A stretch of 47,995 bases of DNA from an uncultured bacterium (GTDB lineage: Bacteria; Patescibacteriota; Minisyncoccia; Moranbacterales; UBA1568), in the NCBI GenBank assembly GCA_937864125.1, contig CALMHZ010000084.1, forward strand, positions 1 to 47,995, given 5' to 3'. Positions 1 to 7,594 of this stretch are shown here, piece after piece. Positions within the stretch are counted from its first letter, which is position 1. The number at the start of each line of letters is the position of its first letter. The translations under genes and the position numbers were made by a program. The notes under the pieces were generated by a model. The model saw only the letters and a list, made by a program, of their open reading frames with translations, ran no database searches and was not told the DNA's origin.

Positions 1-154
1 CAAAGGCGGCTGTCGCGCATGGGAAGTAAAGAACGCCATTATGGTAGTCAACTGGAGCGCATGTCCCCTCCCCCACATTCGCCGGATTAGAAGCAGGATC
101 GCACCCCACCAACAAAAGTGCCAGGAATAAATACGATAAACGGTAAGGCGACAT
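1..154 (-). CDS. putative lipoprotein, N-terminal fragment (gene runs off left edge)
   Basis: Hand translation of the minus strand from ATG 154-152 gives MSPYRLSYLFLALLLVGCDPASNPANVGEGTCAPVDYHNGVLYFPCATAAF... This has a signal peptide plus lipobox L-V-G-C, with AAGGAG 6 nt upstream. It is not in the ORF track because it is truncated. Confidence 0.55.
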   Translation of the reverse strand, partial: MSPYRLSYLFLALLLVGCDPASNPANVGEGTCAPVDYHNGVLYFPCATAAF

Positions 155-234
155 CACTTTCTCCTTGAAAGAACTGTAAGGAACTTTCTCATACGCTGAG
201 AATCAGGCGATTGCTACAAATGACGCAACGATAC

Positions 235-263
235 ACAATAGCATATTATTGCAACTTTGTCAA
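235..263 (-). promoter_or_regulatory. sigma70-like promoter for the lipoprotein gene
   Basis: Read on the minus strand: TTGACA (263-258), 17-nt spacer, TGc-TATTGT (240-235). Confidence 0.45.
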
Positions 264-285
264 CATAAAATATACACACATACTA

Positions 286-314
286 TTGACTTCTCAGCAT
301 TTTTGTGCTATAGT
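286..314 (+). promoter_or_regulatory. sigma70-like promoter for CDS 394..750
   Basis: TTGACT (286-291), 17-nt spacer, TGc-TATAGT (309-314). It is divergent from the 235..263 promoter. Confidence 0.55.
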
Positions 315-393
315 CACCAGTCTGGAAAAATCTGGGCGCCGTACCTGAAAAACCTATACCGGAGGGACCGATCCGGGGAAATTTGGAGGAATC

Positions 394-750
394 ATGTTTA
401 CATCACTCAGTGGTCTCATAATCAGTATCCTGGTCGTTATTTTTGCTGGGCGAGGCCTTGGCTTCAGCCTTTCAGTTATAGTGGCCAAGACAAGCCGGGA
501 CTCAAATAGAAGGGAAATCCGTGAGATACTTCTCTCATTTCTCCTGCTTTTCCTAGGTCTCTTTATTGCATTCTCAAGCCTGCTGGCCCTGACCCAAAAG
601 GCCCAGCAAACACTTGGGCTTACCGTCCAATCTTTTGACGGACTCATAACACTGTATGCCCTAGTCATTCCTGGGATGTTTGCACATGGTATGCTCTATT
701 TCTATATGGCATTTATTGCGATGAGCGATCCCTCGACAGACCCTCTATAA
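394..750 (+). CDS. small integral membrane protein, unknown function
   Basis: 118-aa ORF with 3-4 hydrophobic helices. GGAGG lies 4 nt upstream of the ATG, a strong promoter lies upstream and a hairpin downstream. Confidence 0.6.
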   Translation: MFTSLSGLIISILVVIFAGRGLGFSLSVIVAKTSRDSNRREIREILLSFLLLFLGLFIAFSSLLALTQKAQQTLGLTVQSFDGLITLYALVIPGMFAHGMLYFYMAFIAMSDPSTDPL

Positions 751-754
751 CCTC

Positions 755-783
755 GGGGAGACGAAGCAACGACTCGTCTCCCC
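755..783 (+). terminator. stem-loop after CDS 394..750
   Basis: 10-bp stem GGGGAGACGA/TCGTCTCCCC with a 9-nt loop, starting 5 nt after the stop. The T tract is weak. Confidence 0.4.
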
Positions 784-831
784 TGTTCTATCGAATGCCC
801 GACAGGAAAGTATCGGACACTCTGAGAGCAA

Positions 832-862
832 CAAAAAATCCCCGTATCACACGGGGATTTTC
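832..862 (-). terminator. intrinsic terminator closing the tRNA cluster (possibly bidirectional)
   Basis: Stem ATCCCCGT/ACGGGGAT (838-858) flanked by an A6 run and a T-rich run. On the minus strand it directly follows tRNA-Glu and is followed by TTTTTTGT. Confidence 0.6.
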
Positions 863-867
863 ATTTG

Positions 868-939
868 TAGCCCTAAGGGGAATCGAACCCCTGTTTCCTC
901 CGTGAGAGGGAGATGTCCTAGCCGCTAGACGATAGGGCC
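868..939 (-). tRNA. tRNA-Glu (anticodon CTC)
   Basis: Hand-folded cloverleaf: GGCCCTA-TC-GTCT..GGAC, anticodon arm TCTCC-CTCTCAC-GGAGG, T arm AGGGG-TTCGATT-CCCCT, 3' acceptor TAGGGCT plus A. No encoded CCA. Confidence 0.85.
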
Positions 940-972
940 GTCTTTCTTCTTTTGTCACTTTACCATGGCTTG

Positions 973-1043
973 CAGGGGCGGTAGGAATCGAACCTACGCA
1001 AAGGGTTTTGGAGACCCTTGTACTACCATTATACGACGCCCCC
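973..1043 (-). tRNA. tRNA-Trp (anticodon CCA)
   Basis: GGGGGCG-TC-GTAT..GTAC, anticodon arm AGGGT-CTCCAAA-ACCCT, T arm GTAGG-TTCGATT-CCTAC, 3' acceptor CGCCCCT plus G. No encoded CCA. Confidence 0.85.
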
Positions 1044-1064
1044 ATTTTTGTTTCTCCTGCATGC

Positions 1065-1073
1065 ATTATAGCA
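1065..1073 (-). promoter_or_regulatory. extended -10 element (TGcTATAAT) upstream of tRNA-Trp
   Basis: Minus strand reads TGCTATAAT about 22 nt upstream of the tRNA-Trp 5' end. The -35 is only weak (TTGCGG-like). Confidence 0.35.
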
Positions 1074-1150
1074 AAATATCATCCCCCGCAACGACGCAGT
1101 TTCATTGTGAGATTTTTTTCTCCTCTCTCCTTCTTTTGAGAGGCTATGCG

Positions 1151-1183
1151 CCAAAAACTCGAAACGAGAGCTATTTGCTCTCG
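1151..1183 (-). terminator. stem-loop plus T-rich tail at the rpmG stop
   Basis: Minus strand: CGAGAGC-AAATA-GCTCTCG followed by TTTCGAGTTTTTGG. The rpmG stop codon lies in the loop. Confidence 0.4.
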
Positions 1184-1332
1184 TTATGCGGAGTATGTTT
1201 TCTGCAAAAGTTGCAATATTTCTGCAAAGAAAGCTTCTCTTTCACCTTCTTCTTATTCCGTTTGGTGTAGGCGGTGATCCTCGCGCACTCTCCGCACTTC
1301 ATTTTCGCCATGTTGTCCTTGATCTTTCCCAT
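1171..1332 (-). CDS. rpmG: 50S ribosomal protein L33
   Basis: Internal start (M47) of ORF 1171..1470 gives the 53-aa protein MGKIKDNMAKMKCGECARITAYTKRNKKKVKEKLSLQKYCNFCRKHTPHNESK. It has the L33 CxxC...CxxC pattern and size. The 5' part of the longer ORF overlaps tRNA-Thr. Confidence 0.85.
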   Translation of the reverse strand: MGKIKDNMAKMKCGECARITAYTKRNKKKVKEKLSLQKYCNFCRKHTPHNESK

Positions 1333-1428
1333 AGGAATTTCCGTGTGGTTTAGGATAGTAAAAAAAGCTTCTCCAAGCAAGCTCTCCTTACTGTAAAGGC
1401 TGTTTGGGTTTCCGTCAAGCATTTCTTG

Positions 1429-1501
1429 AGCCGTTGACCAGGATTGAACTGGTGACCTCGTCATTACCAATGACGTGCTCTACCGACTGAGCTACAACGG
1501 C
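1429..1501 (-). tRNA. tRNA-Thr (anticodon GGT)
   Basis: GCCGTTG acceptor, anticodon arm CGTCA-TTGGTAA-TGACG, T arm ACCAG-TTCAATC-CTGGT, 3' acceptor CAACGGC plus T. Confidence 0.9.
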
Positions 1502-1590
1502 AAATATCCTAGAAAGCTCCTTGATCGGGCTTTATCATCCCTCGCGGAAGCCAAACTGTTGGCTTCCTCCTTGTTCATTTCATTCATCGG

Positions 1591-1673
1591 TGGGTAGGGA
1601 GGGATTCGAACCCCCGAAGACCGAAGTCGTCTGATTTACAGTCAGATGTGATAGACCACTCCACCACCTACCC
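1591..1673 (-). tRNA. tRNA-Tyr (anticodon GTA), long variable arm
   Basis: GGGTAGG acceptor, anticodon arm TCTGA-CTGTAAA-TCAGA, variable arm GAC-TTCG-GTC, TTCGAAT T loop, 3' acceptor CCTACCC plus A. Confidence 0.9.
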
Positions 1674-1756
1674 GAAAAGAGCTCCCATTGTCTCGTACAA
1701 ATCCCGAAACAGATCCCCGGATCTCACAGGCCACTCTATAATATTTCGCCTTCAAG

Positions 1757-1828
1757 AGCCAGGAGCGAGACTTGAACTCGCGACCGACGGTTTACAAAAC
1801 CGCTGCTCTACCACTGAGCTATCCTGGC
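1757..1828 (-). tRNA. tRNA-Thr (anticodon TGT)
   Basis: GCCAGGA acceptor, anticodon arm GCGGT-TTTGTAA-ACCGT, T arm GCGAG-TTCAAGT-CTCGC, 3' acceptor TCCTGGC plus T. Confidence 0.9.
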
Positions 1829-1928
1829 ATGAAAGAAGTGCCGAACAACAGAGGATCGCCCTTTTACTTCTCTAAGAGAATATCACATTCTCTCCGATCG
1901 AGAAATATGCCAAGCCGAGAGACTCTCC

Positions 1929-2867
1929 TCACTTCGCTCCGTTTTCAAAGAATTTCTCAAGCCGCCTTATTTTTATTTTTACCGCCCGATTCGTCGGATG
2001 AAGCTTTATCACCTGCCGATAACAATCCTTCGCGTCCTGCATGCTTCCTTGGGTGAAATAATAATCGCCAAGCTCTTCGTACGCTATGGCATCCTTCGGG
2101 TTTCCAGAAATTCTCTGGAGCAAAGCGTCTTCTTCGGCCTGCTTTAGCGGGTGTCCCCCGCTTCTCACATCAGGCCTCGTCAGAGATCGTTTGACCATGG
2201 ATCCCGCCAAAGCAAAGGAATTGCCCACGCGCGACTTTTGTTTTGGAAGAGCATGGGGAGGGATATCTGCCGGCACAGGAGGCTCGCTCGTACTTGTCGA
2301 TACGGGAGACGCGACCTGTTCTCGGGAAAATTCCTTTTCCGTTTCTTTCGACAAAGAAGGATCTTTCTTTATCCCGATGAGTCGTGAGAGAAAACGATTT
2401 TTCTTCTCCTCTTGGAGCGATTGCTTGCGCCTGTCTTCAGCCCGCCTCTCCTGTACGGACAAGGAGTCGTCTCTTTGTATCGCGACAGCTCCAAATCGGG
2501 AGAAAAATCTGGTTTTCTTCCCCGGATCGATCGACATTTTCCGCCGCTCCTCGACCCGCCGCTCCTCGACGGTCTTCCTGATCGCATCCACATTTTTTCT
2601 TTGCGCCCTCAGGCGCTCAAGGGAATGCTGAAAAAAATTGTGTAGGCGAAGACTGTTTGTCTTGAACCGGGAAGCGTTCTTTTCGAGAAGCTTGAGAAAA
2701 AATGCCTTCCTATTGAGCGATCGTGACTGCGCGTCAGTATGCACCACATCTTTCAATGATGACATTTTTTCAAGTACGGCCGGATCTTCCATGCGCTTGG
2801 CCATATACCACAAGAGCGCGCCAAGACCGAAAATCACTATGAAAGGCGGGACAATAAGATACCACAT
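1929..2867 (-). CDS. membrane-anchored protein with C-terminal TPR-like repeat
   Basis: 312-aa ORF with an N-terminal TM helix (MWYLIVPPFIVIFGLGALLWY). It has two internal EERR..RRK.S...KK.RF.SR modules. The C terminus, AYEELGDYYFTQGSMQDAKDCYRQVIKLHP, looks like a TPR repeat. Confidence 0.55.
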   Translation of the reverse strand: MWYLIVPPFIVIFGLGALLWYMAKRMEDPAVLEKMSSLKDVVHTDAQSRSLNRKAFFLKLLEKNASRFKTNSLRLHNFFQHSLERLRAQRKNVDAIRKTVEERRVEERRKMSIDPGKKTRFFSRFGAVAIQRDDSLSVQERRAEDRRKQSLQEEKKNRFLSRLIGIKKDPSLSKETEKEFSREQVASPVSTSTSEPPVPADIPPHALPKQKSRVGNSFALAGSMVKRSLTRPDVRSGGHPLKQAEEDALLQRISGNPKDAIAYEELGDYYFTQGSMQDAKDCYRQVIKLHPTNRAVKIKIRRLEKFFENGAK

Positions 2868-2903
2868 GAGCGTAGGAAAATTTTCCGGAATTAGCCAGCT
2901 TCC

Positions 2904-3488
2904 CTAAACTTCAAACCGAACGAACGAGCTGATTTGTATATTTTCACCCATTTTTTGAACATTTTCCGAGAGCAGCTCCCGGATAGTCATTTCTGGGTTC
3001 TTCACGAAACTTTGGGTAAGCAACGCGCCCTCTTCCCGGAATTTCTTTTCCTTCCCGATGAGAATTTTGTCGATAAGACTCTCTTCTTTCCCTTCTTGTT
3101 TCATCTGCTCCACCCATATCGCGCGTTCAGCTCCTACCGTGTCCGCCGCGACATCTTCCGGACGGAGAACGGCGGGATTCATCGCGGCGACATGCATCGC
3201 TATATCGCGAGCCAGGAGCTTGAAATCCTCATTTCGGGCAACAAAATCCGTCTCGCAAGAGAGAACGACCATGGCTCCCACCTTCCCGTTTGTGTGAAGG
3301 TAGCTTCCAATATACCCCTCTTTCGCCTCGCGATCGATTTTTTTCACCGCCTTGGCCCCGCTTTTCTCCCGAAGGATTTTTATCGCTCTTTCCTCGTCGC
3401 CACCCGCTTCATCGAGCGCTTTTTTTACATCCACAATACCGGCACCAGTTCTTTCACGAAGTGCCTTTACCTGTTCCAGGCTAGACAT
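2904..3488 (-). CDS. tsf: translation elongation factor Ts (short form)
   Basis: N terminus VKALRERTGAGIVDVKKALDEAGGDEERAIKILREKS, then CETDFVARNEDF. Immediately downstream of rpsB. Confidence 0.9.
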   Translation of the reverse strand: MSSLEQVKALRERTGAGIVDVKKALDEAGGDEERAIKILREKSGAKAVKKIDREAKEGYIGSYLHTNGKVGAMVVLSCETDFVARNEDFKLLARDIAMHVAAMNPAVLRPEDVAADTVGAERAIWVEQMKQEGKEESLIDKILIGKEKKFREEGALLTQSFVKNPEMTIRELLSENVQKMGENIQISSFVRFEV

Positions 3489-3506
3489 AAAGTTTCATTG
3501 AATAAT

Positions 3507-4310
3507 TTATTTTCCCTGTTTTTCCCCCGACTCCTTTGCCGCGGCAACGGACTTCCCGAGTGCGCTCAACAAAAAGCGAAGGGAGGAAAGAGCGTCGTCA
3601 TTTCCCGGGACCGGATACTCGACGGAAGAAGGATCGGCATTGGTATCGATAATAGCGACCACCGGGATACCGACGGCGCGAGCCTCATGTATGACGATTT
3701 TCGCCTCTTTCCCATCCGCGATCACGATCGCACCCGGGAGCTCTTTCATGTTCTTGATGCCGCCCATGCGCTTATTGAGACGGGCCACTTCCTCGAGTTT
3801 CTGTTGGCGCTCGAATTTCGTATACATGTTGAGCGCGCCTCGCTCGAATTTTTCCTCGGTATCGCAAAGGTACGCCGTACGCTTCCGGATGCAGGAAAAA
3901 TTCGTCAATGTCCCTCCCAGCCATCGGTCAATGACATAGGGCTCCCCAAGACGCTCGGCCAAAGTCTTCACGAAAACATGGGTATGCTTCTTCATTCCCA
4001 CGAAAAGTATGGGCTTCCCGGTTTTCGCAACGGAAGCGAGAAACGCGCTCGCCCGCGTCAGGTACTCATCCGTCTTCTCCAGATTGATAATATTGATATT
4101 CTGCCGTGTCATAAACACGAAGTCGGTCATGCGTGGATGCAGACGCGACTTCAAGTGTCCGAAATGCACTCCGCTTTTGAGCATCGATTCGAGACTATTG
4201 TCGAATTTTGAAAAATCAAATCCTACAAAAGAAAGCGCTTTCATCGGAGATACCGACTTTTTTTCAGCGGCAGAGCCAGCTTCTTCGACTTTTTCTTCCA
4301 TACTTGCCAT
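3507..4310 (-). CDS. rpsB: 30S ribosomal protein S2
   Basis: Contains GVHFGHLKSRLHPRM and the IIDTNADP-type motif (AIIDTNADPSSVEY). AAGGA lies 6 nt upstream of the ATG. There is an N-terminal extension of about 35 aa. Confidence 0.9.
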   Translation of the reverse strand: MASMEEKVEEAGSAAEKKSVSPMKALSFVGFDFSKFDNSLESMLKSGVHFGHLKSRLHPRMTDFVFMTRQNINIINLEKTDEYLTRASAFLASVAKTGKPILFVGMKKHTHVFVKTLAERLGEPYVIDRWLGGTLTNFSCIRKRTAYLCDTEEKFERGALNMYTKFERQQKLEEVARLNKRMGGIKNMKELPGAIVIADGKEAKIVIHEARAVGIPVVAIIDTNADPSSVEYPVPGNDDALSSLRFLLSALGKSVAAAKESGEKQGK

Positions 4311-4528
4311 ACATTTTCCTTAATTGTTTACTCCGAAGAGAATATATCTCCCGGAAGTGCTCAGGAAGAGATATCTTCTCCGAGCACTACCACCTGCCTC
4401 TCGTCCACGCCCTTGATTCCAAAGAAGTAATGGAACAGGAAATGGGCTGGATATCGAAAAGCATGAATGATTTCCGCGGGCCTTTCTTAACCGAAAGGCA
4501 CCCCTCAGCATAGAGGAGTTCTCGGGGC

Positions 4529-4557
4529 TTGTCAATTTCACGAACTCGTGATAGGAT
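4529..4557 (+). promoter_or_regulatory. sigma70-like promoter for rpmE
   Basis: TTGTCA (4529-4534), 17-nt spacer, TGa-TAGGAT (4552-4557). Confidence 0.45.
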
Positions 4558-4619
4558 TTCTCCACTCGTTTAGAAGCGGCTTTCCCCTCTCTTTTCAAGC
4601 CACATTTAATATCATAGCT

Positions 4620-4916
4620 ATGCAACAAGGAATTCACCCGACTTATCACGAAGCCGCGACCATCCAGTGCGCCTGTGGGGCGGTCTATGAAACAGGTTCT
4701 ACAACGAAAAGCCTGGAGATAGAAATCTGCGCGAAATGCCACCCTTTCTACACGGGAAAGAAGAAGTATGTGGATACCACGGGACGCGTGGATCGCTTCA
4801 AAAAACTTGCGGAAAAATCTCAAGTGAAAAAAGAGGCAGTAAAAAAGAATACTCCGAAGGAAGAGAAGATCGCCAAGAAAGCGGCAAAGAAAGAATCCGG
4901 AGAAACGGAAAAATAG
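4620..4916 (+). CDS. rpmE: 50S ribosomal protein L31 (Zn-ribbon type) with Lys-rich C-terminal tail
   Basis: Internal ATG of ORF 4548..4916 gives MQQGIHPTYHEAATIQCACGAVYE...CAKCHPFYTGK. This is followed by a ~35-aa K/E-rich extension. Confidence 0.85.
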   Translation: MQQGIHPTYHEAATIQCACGAVYETGSTTKSLEIEICAKCHPFYTGKKKYVDTTGRVDRFKKLAEKSQVKKEAVKKNTPKEEKIAKKAAKKESGETEK

Positions 4917-4934
4917 CTTCGCTCCGTTACAATC

Positions 4935-4971
4935 AGCGCTTGCCACGAGATTTTGGCAAGCGCTTTTTGTT
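4935..4971 (+). terminator. intrinsic terminator after rpmE
   Basis: 11-bp stem AGCGCTTGCCA/TGGCAAGCGCT followed by TTTTTGTTT. Confidence 0.8.
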
Positions 4972-4995
4972 TCATAAGCGGCCTTTTCGTAGTAT
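4967..4995 (+). promoter_or_regulatory. possible prfA promoter, -10 only 12 nt from the ATG
   Basis: TTGTTT (4967-4972), 17-nt spacer, TAGTAT (4990-4995). The ATG is at 5008 and there is no SD. Confidence 0.3.
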
Positions 4996-5007
4996 CATAA
5001 GAACATC

Positions 5008-6093
5008 ATGAACGAACTCATACAAAATATCCTCAAAGAAGCGGCGGCTCTCGATGAGACCCTGTCGCAGCCGGGAATTTCCCGCGATCCGAAACGGTTC
5101 GCCGATTTAGGGCGCCGAAAATCCGAACTCGCGGATATACTCGCGCGGGCGCACGAATTTACTGAGGTCGAAGCCGCCATGCAGGAAAACGCTGAAATCA
5201 TCAAAGAATCCAGGGACGAGGAGCTCGAGCAACTCGCCATGGAAGACAACATAGCCCTTTCGAAAAAGCGTGCGGCCCTCGAAAAAGAATTGCGCACGCT
5301 TCTTTTGCCGCGCGACCCAAGCGATGGAAAGGATATTATCATGGAAATTCGGGCGGGGGCGGGCGGAGACGAGTCAAGCCTTTTCGCCGCGAGCCTTTTC
5401 CGGATGTACTCCCGTTATGCCGAAATCATGCAATGGAATATCGGGGTGCTTCATTCGAATCAGACCGAGGTAGGAGGGTTCAAAGAAGTCGTGTTCGAGG
5501 TCAACAAGAACCGATCCTCCTCATCCGTATATCAGAAACTCAAGTATGAGTCCGGCGTCCATCGCGTACAGCGGATACCGGAAACGGAAAAAGCCGGCAG
5601 GGTACATACCTCGACCGCCACCGTCGCGGTTCTCCCGATAGCGGAAGAGGTCGACCTTGAAATCAACGCGAGCGATCTTCGTATCGACACATTCTGTTCT
5701 TCGGGTCCCGGAGGACAGTCCGTCAACACGACCTATAGCGCCGTCCGCATCACCCACCTCCCCACGAACACGGTGGTTTCGTGCCAGGATGAAAAATCTC
5801 AGATCAAAAACAAGGAAAAGGCGATGAAAGTGCTCCGATCACGCATCCTTCAGGCGGAGGAAGAGCGCCAGGCAAAAGAACTCGGCGACGCGAGGCGCAG
5901 CCAGATCGGAACAGGAGACCGTTCGGAGAAAATCCGCACCTATAACTTCCCCCAAGACCGTGTCACCGACCATCGCATCAAGGAGTCATGGAGCAATATA
6001 CCAAGCATCTTAAATGGCGGCCTCAAAGATATCGTCGAGGCGCTTGAAGAGGAAGACATGCGTCGCAAGCTTGAGCAAGAATCAAGAAAATGA
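5008..6093 (+). CDS. prfA: peptide chain release factor 1
   Basis: GGQ motif ([12 protein letters not shown]) and a PxT-type recognition tripeptide ([22 protein letters not shown]). Confidence 0.9.
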   Translation: MNELIQNILKEAAALDETLSQPGISRDPKRFADLGRRKSELADILARAHEFTEVEAAMQENAEIIKESRDEELEQLAMEDNIALSKKRAALEKELRTLLLPRDPSDGKDIIMEIRAGAGGDESSLFAASLFRMYSRYAEIMQWNIGVLHSNQTEVGGFKEVVFEVNKNRSSSSVYQKLKYESGVHRVQRIPETEKAGRVHTSTATVAVLPIAEEVDLEINASDLRIDTFCSSGPGGQSVNTTYSAVRITHLPTNTVVSCQDEKSQIKNKEKAMKVLRSRILQAEEERQAKELGDARRSQIGTGDRSEKIRTYNFPQDRVTDHRIKESWSNIPSILNGGLKDIVEALEEEDMRRKLEQESRK

Positions 6094-6094
6094 C

Positions 6095-6988
6095 ATGCCC
6101 AGAGAAACTGTCGACCAGATCCGAATCTCGTATCAGGGGAAAATCGCGATAGAAGATTTTTTTCTGCTTCTCTCACACGCGACCCTGAAGTCAAAAGAAT
6201 TTCTCTTGGCGCATCCCGAATATGAGATAGGCGCTCATCACTCGAGGAAAGCGCGCTCACTCTTCGAGCGCCGGAAAAAGCACGAGCCGATAGCCTACAT
6301 CCGCGGAGAAAAAGAATTCTTCTCCCTTCCCTTTATGGTGACCGGAAGCACGCTCATTCCTCGACCGGAAACGGAACTCCTCGTCGAAGAAGTCATCCGA
6401 CACGCGACCTCCTCCGCGCAGCTCCTGCCAAGAAAAAAATCCATCATCCTTGATGTGGGCACGGGAAGCGGAGCGATCATCATCTCGCTTGCTCGTACCC
6501 TCCGGCATCTCTCCCTCTACGAATTCCATGCCACAGATATTTCCCAAGCGGCGATCGATGTCGCGAAACGAAATGCCAAACGAAATTCGGTCGAAACGCT
6601 CATCCACTTTCACAAAGGCAGCCTGCTCGACCCTGTGGAGGACCATATCAACCGGGCGGACTTCGCCATATTCGCAGCCAATCTCCCCTACCTTTCGGAA
6701 GCGCTCTACGAGGCAAGCGCCGATGATGTACGCCTTTATGAGCCAAAAGAAGCGCTGCTAAGCGGCAGAGACGGCCTTGATCACTATCGCCTTTTGTTTC
6801 GACACATAAAAAAGATCCATGCATCGTTTCCAAAAAAACCGCTCTGTTGCATCGTCGAAATAAGCCCGGAGCAACACGAATCCCTCGAAATGGTATGCCG
6901 AGAAACATTTCCCGATGCGACCTCCGCCACGCTCCGCGATCTTTCCGGGAGGAATCGAATATTTTCATTTACAGCGGGACAAAAATAA
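6095..6988 (+). CDS. prmC: release-factor glutamine N5-methyltransferase (HemK/PrmC)
   Basis: The ATG lies 1 nt after the prfA stop. SAM-binding motif ILDVGTGSGAI is present. Motif IV reads NLPY rather than NPPY. This is the usual prfA-prmC synteny. Confidence 0.8.
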   Translation: MPRETVDQIRISYQGKIAIEDFFLLLSHATLKSKEFLLAHPEYEIGAHHSRKARSLFERRKKHEPIAYIRGEKEFFSLPFMVTGSTLIPRPETELLVEEVIRHATSSAQLLPRKKSIILDVGTGSGAIIISLARTLRHLSLYEFHATDISQAAIDVAKRNAKRNSVETLIHFHKGSLLDPVEDHINRADFAIFAANLPYLSEALYEASADDVRLYEPKEALLSGRDGLDHYRLLFRHIKKIHASFPKKPLCCIVEISPEQHESLEMVCRETFPDATSATLRDLSGRNRIFSFTAGQK

Positions 6989-7012
6989 ATCCGCCCTCTG
7001 GCGGATTTATTT
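6984..7012. terminator. bidirectional intrinsic terminator between convergent prmC and the basic-protein gene
   Basis: AAATAAATCCGCC-CTCT-GGCGGATTTATTT: a GC stem with A/T-run arms on both sides. Confidence 0.75.
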
Positions 7013-7039
7013 GAAGAGTCAACAAGTCGGAAGAAAATA

Positions 7040-7201
7040 TTATTTCTTACCTTTCTTTGTCGCCTTCTTCGCAACCTTCTTGGTAGCCTTCTTCGCAACC
7101 TTCTTTACTGCCTTCTTTACTGCCTTTTTGGTGACCTTCTTCACCGCCTTCTTCGCTGCCTTTTTTGCTGGCTTCTTTACTGCTTTCTTTTTTGCGGCCA
7201 T
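7040..7201 (-). CDS. 53-aa Lys/Ala-rich basic protein (histone H1/Hc-like AKK repeats)
   Basis: Hand translation: MAAKKKAVKKPAKKAAKKAVKKVTKKAVKKAVKKVAKKATKKVAKKATKKGKK, stop TAA at 7042-7040. GGAGG lies 8 nt upstream and a terminator lies downstream. It is under 60 aa, so it is not in the ORF track. Confidence 0.7.
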   Translation of the reverse strand: MAAKKKAVKKPAKKAAKKAVKKVTKKAVKKAVKKVAKKATKKVAKKATKKGKK

Positions 7202-7594
7202 AGTGTTCACCTCCTTTCATTGTTCCGCTTTCGCGGTTTTTATTTTACGTCTCCTTGATACGTTGTATCACGAGCACGCATTGTTTATATGACGATCGAG
7301 AAATTTTTCTCTCTCACGCAAATATATTGTATGATATTTTTTTAAAAAATGAAAGCGATAAAAAATATTGTCAAGAGAAAATACATGCGATGATAAAAAA
7401 ATATTCACGAATCTCATATCGACATATTACAAAAAATAAAACACTCGATCGTGAAAAATTTTCTTTTTATCGAATGATCATAACATCCTTTTCATTAAAT
7501 TTTTCCAAACAAAATCCCATCAAGATTTTTCCCGTGACGGATCCTCCGGTTTTTATTTTGCATGAGACTGAAAATGGAGACTCTTGTAAAGGAG

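Noticed and set aside
2934-4211. 425-aa plus-strand ORF. Similar long ORFs occur at 10958-12262, 18222-19244, 24058-25116, 29521-30738, 32009-33034, 33267-34361 and 41712-42794.
   Set aside because: All lie antisense to genes with unmistakable family motifs (tsf/rpsB, giant protein, GT39, mreB, murD/aminoacylase, gap/fba, tpiA, leuS). Their translations are low-complexity and R/F/L/H-rich with no motifs. They are typical shadow ORFs of GC-biased coding DNA.
4320-4946. 208-aa minus-strand ORF across the rpsB-rpmE spacer.
   Set aside because: It overlaps rpmE antisense and the rpmE promoter, and no motif is present. rpmE is clearly the real gene.
5008-6093. RF1 tripeptide PET instead of PAT/PVT, and possible stop-codon reassignment.
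   Set aside because: PET fits the general PxT motif. TGA clearly terminates genes here (prfA and the CAP gene), so there is no evidence for code 4 or 25.
7040-7201. Tandem nucleotide repeats that could suggest a CRISPR or satellite array.
   Set aside because: The repeats are in-frame AKK-type codon repeats within a well-signalled small CDS. There is no spacer/repeat architecture, and no cas genes occur in the window.
7260-7540. AT-rich region as a replication origin.
   Set aside because: No clustered DnaA-box (TTATCCACA-like) matches were found by eye. The region is not adjacent to dnaA/dnaN, and parAB lie 29 kb away.
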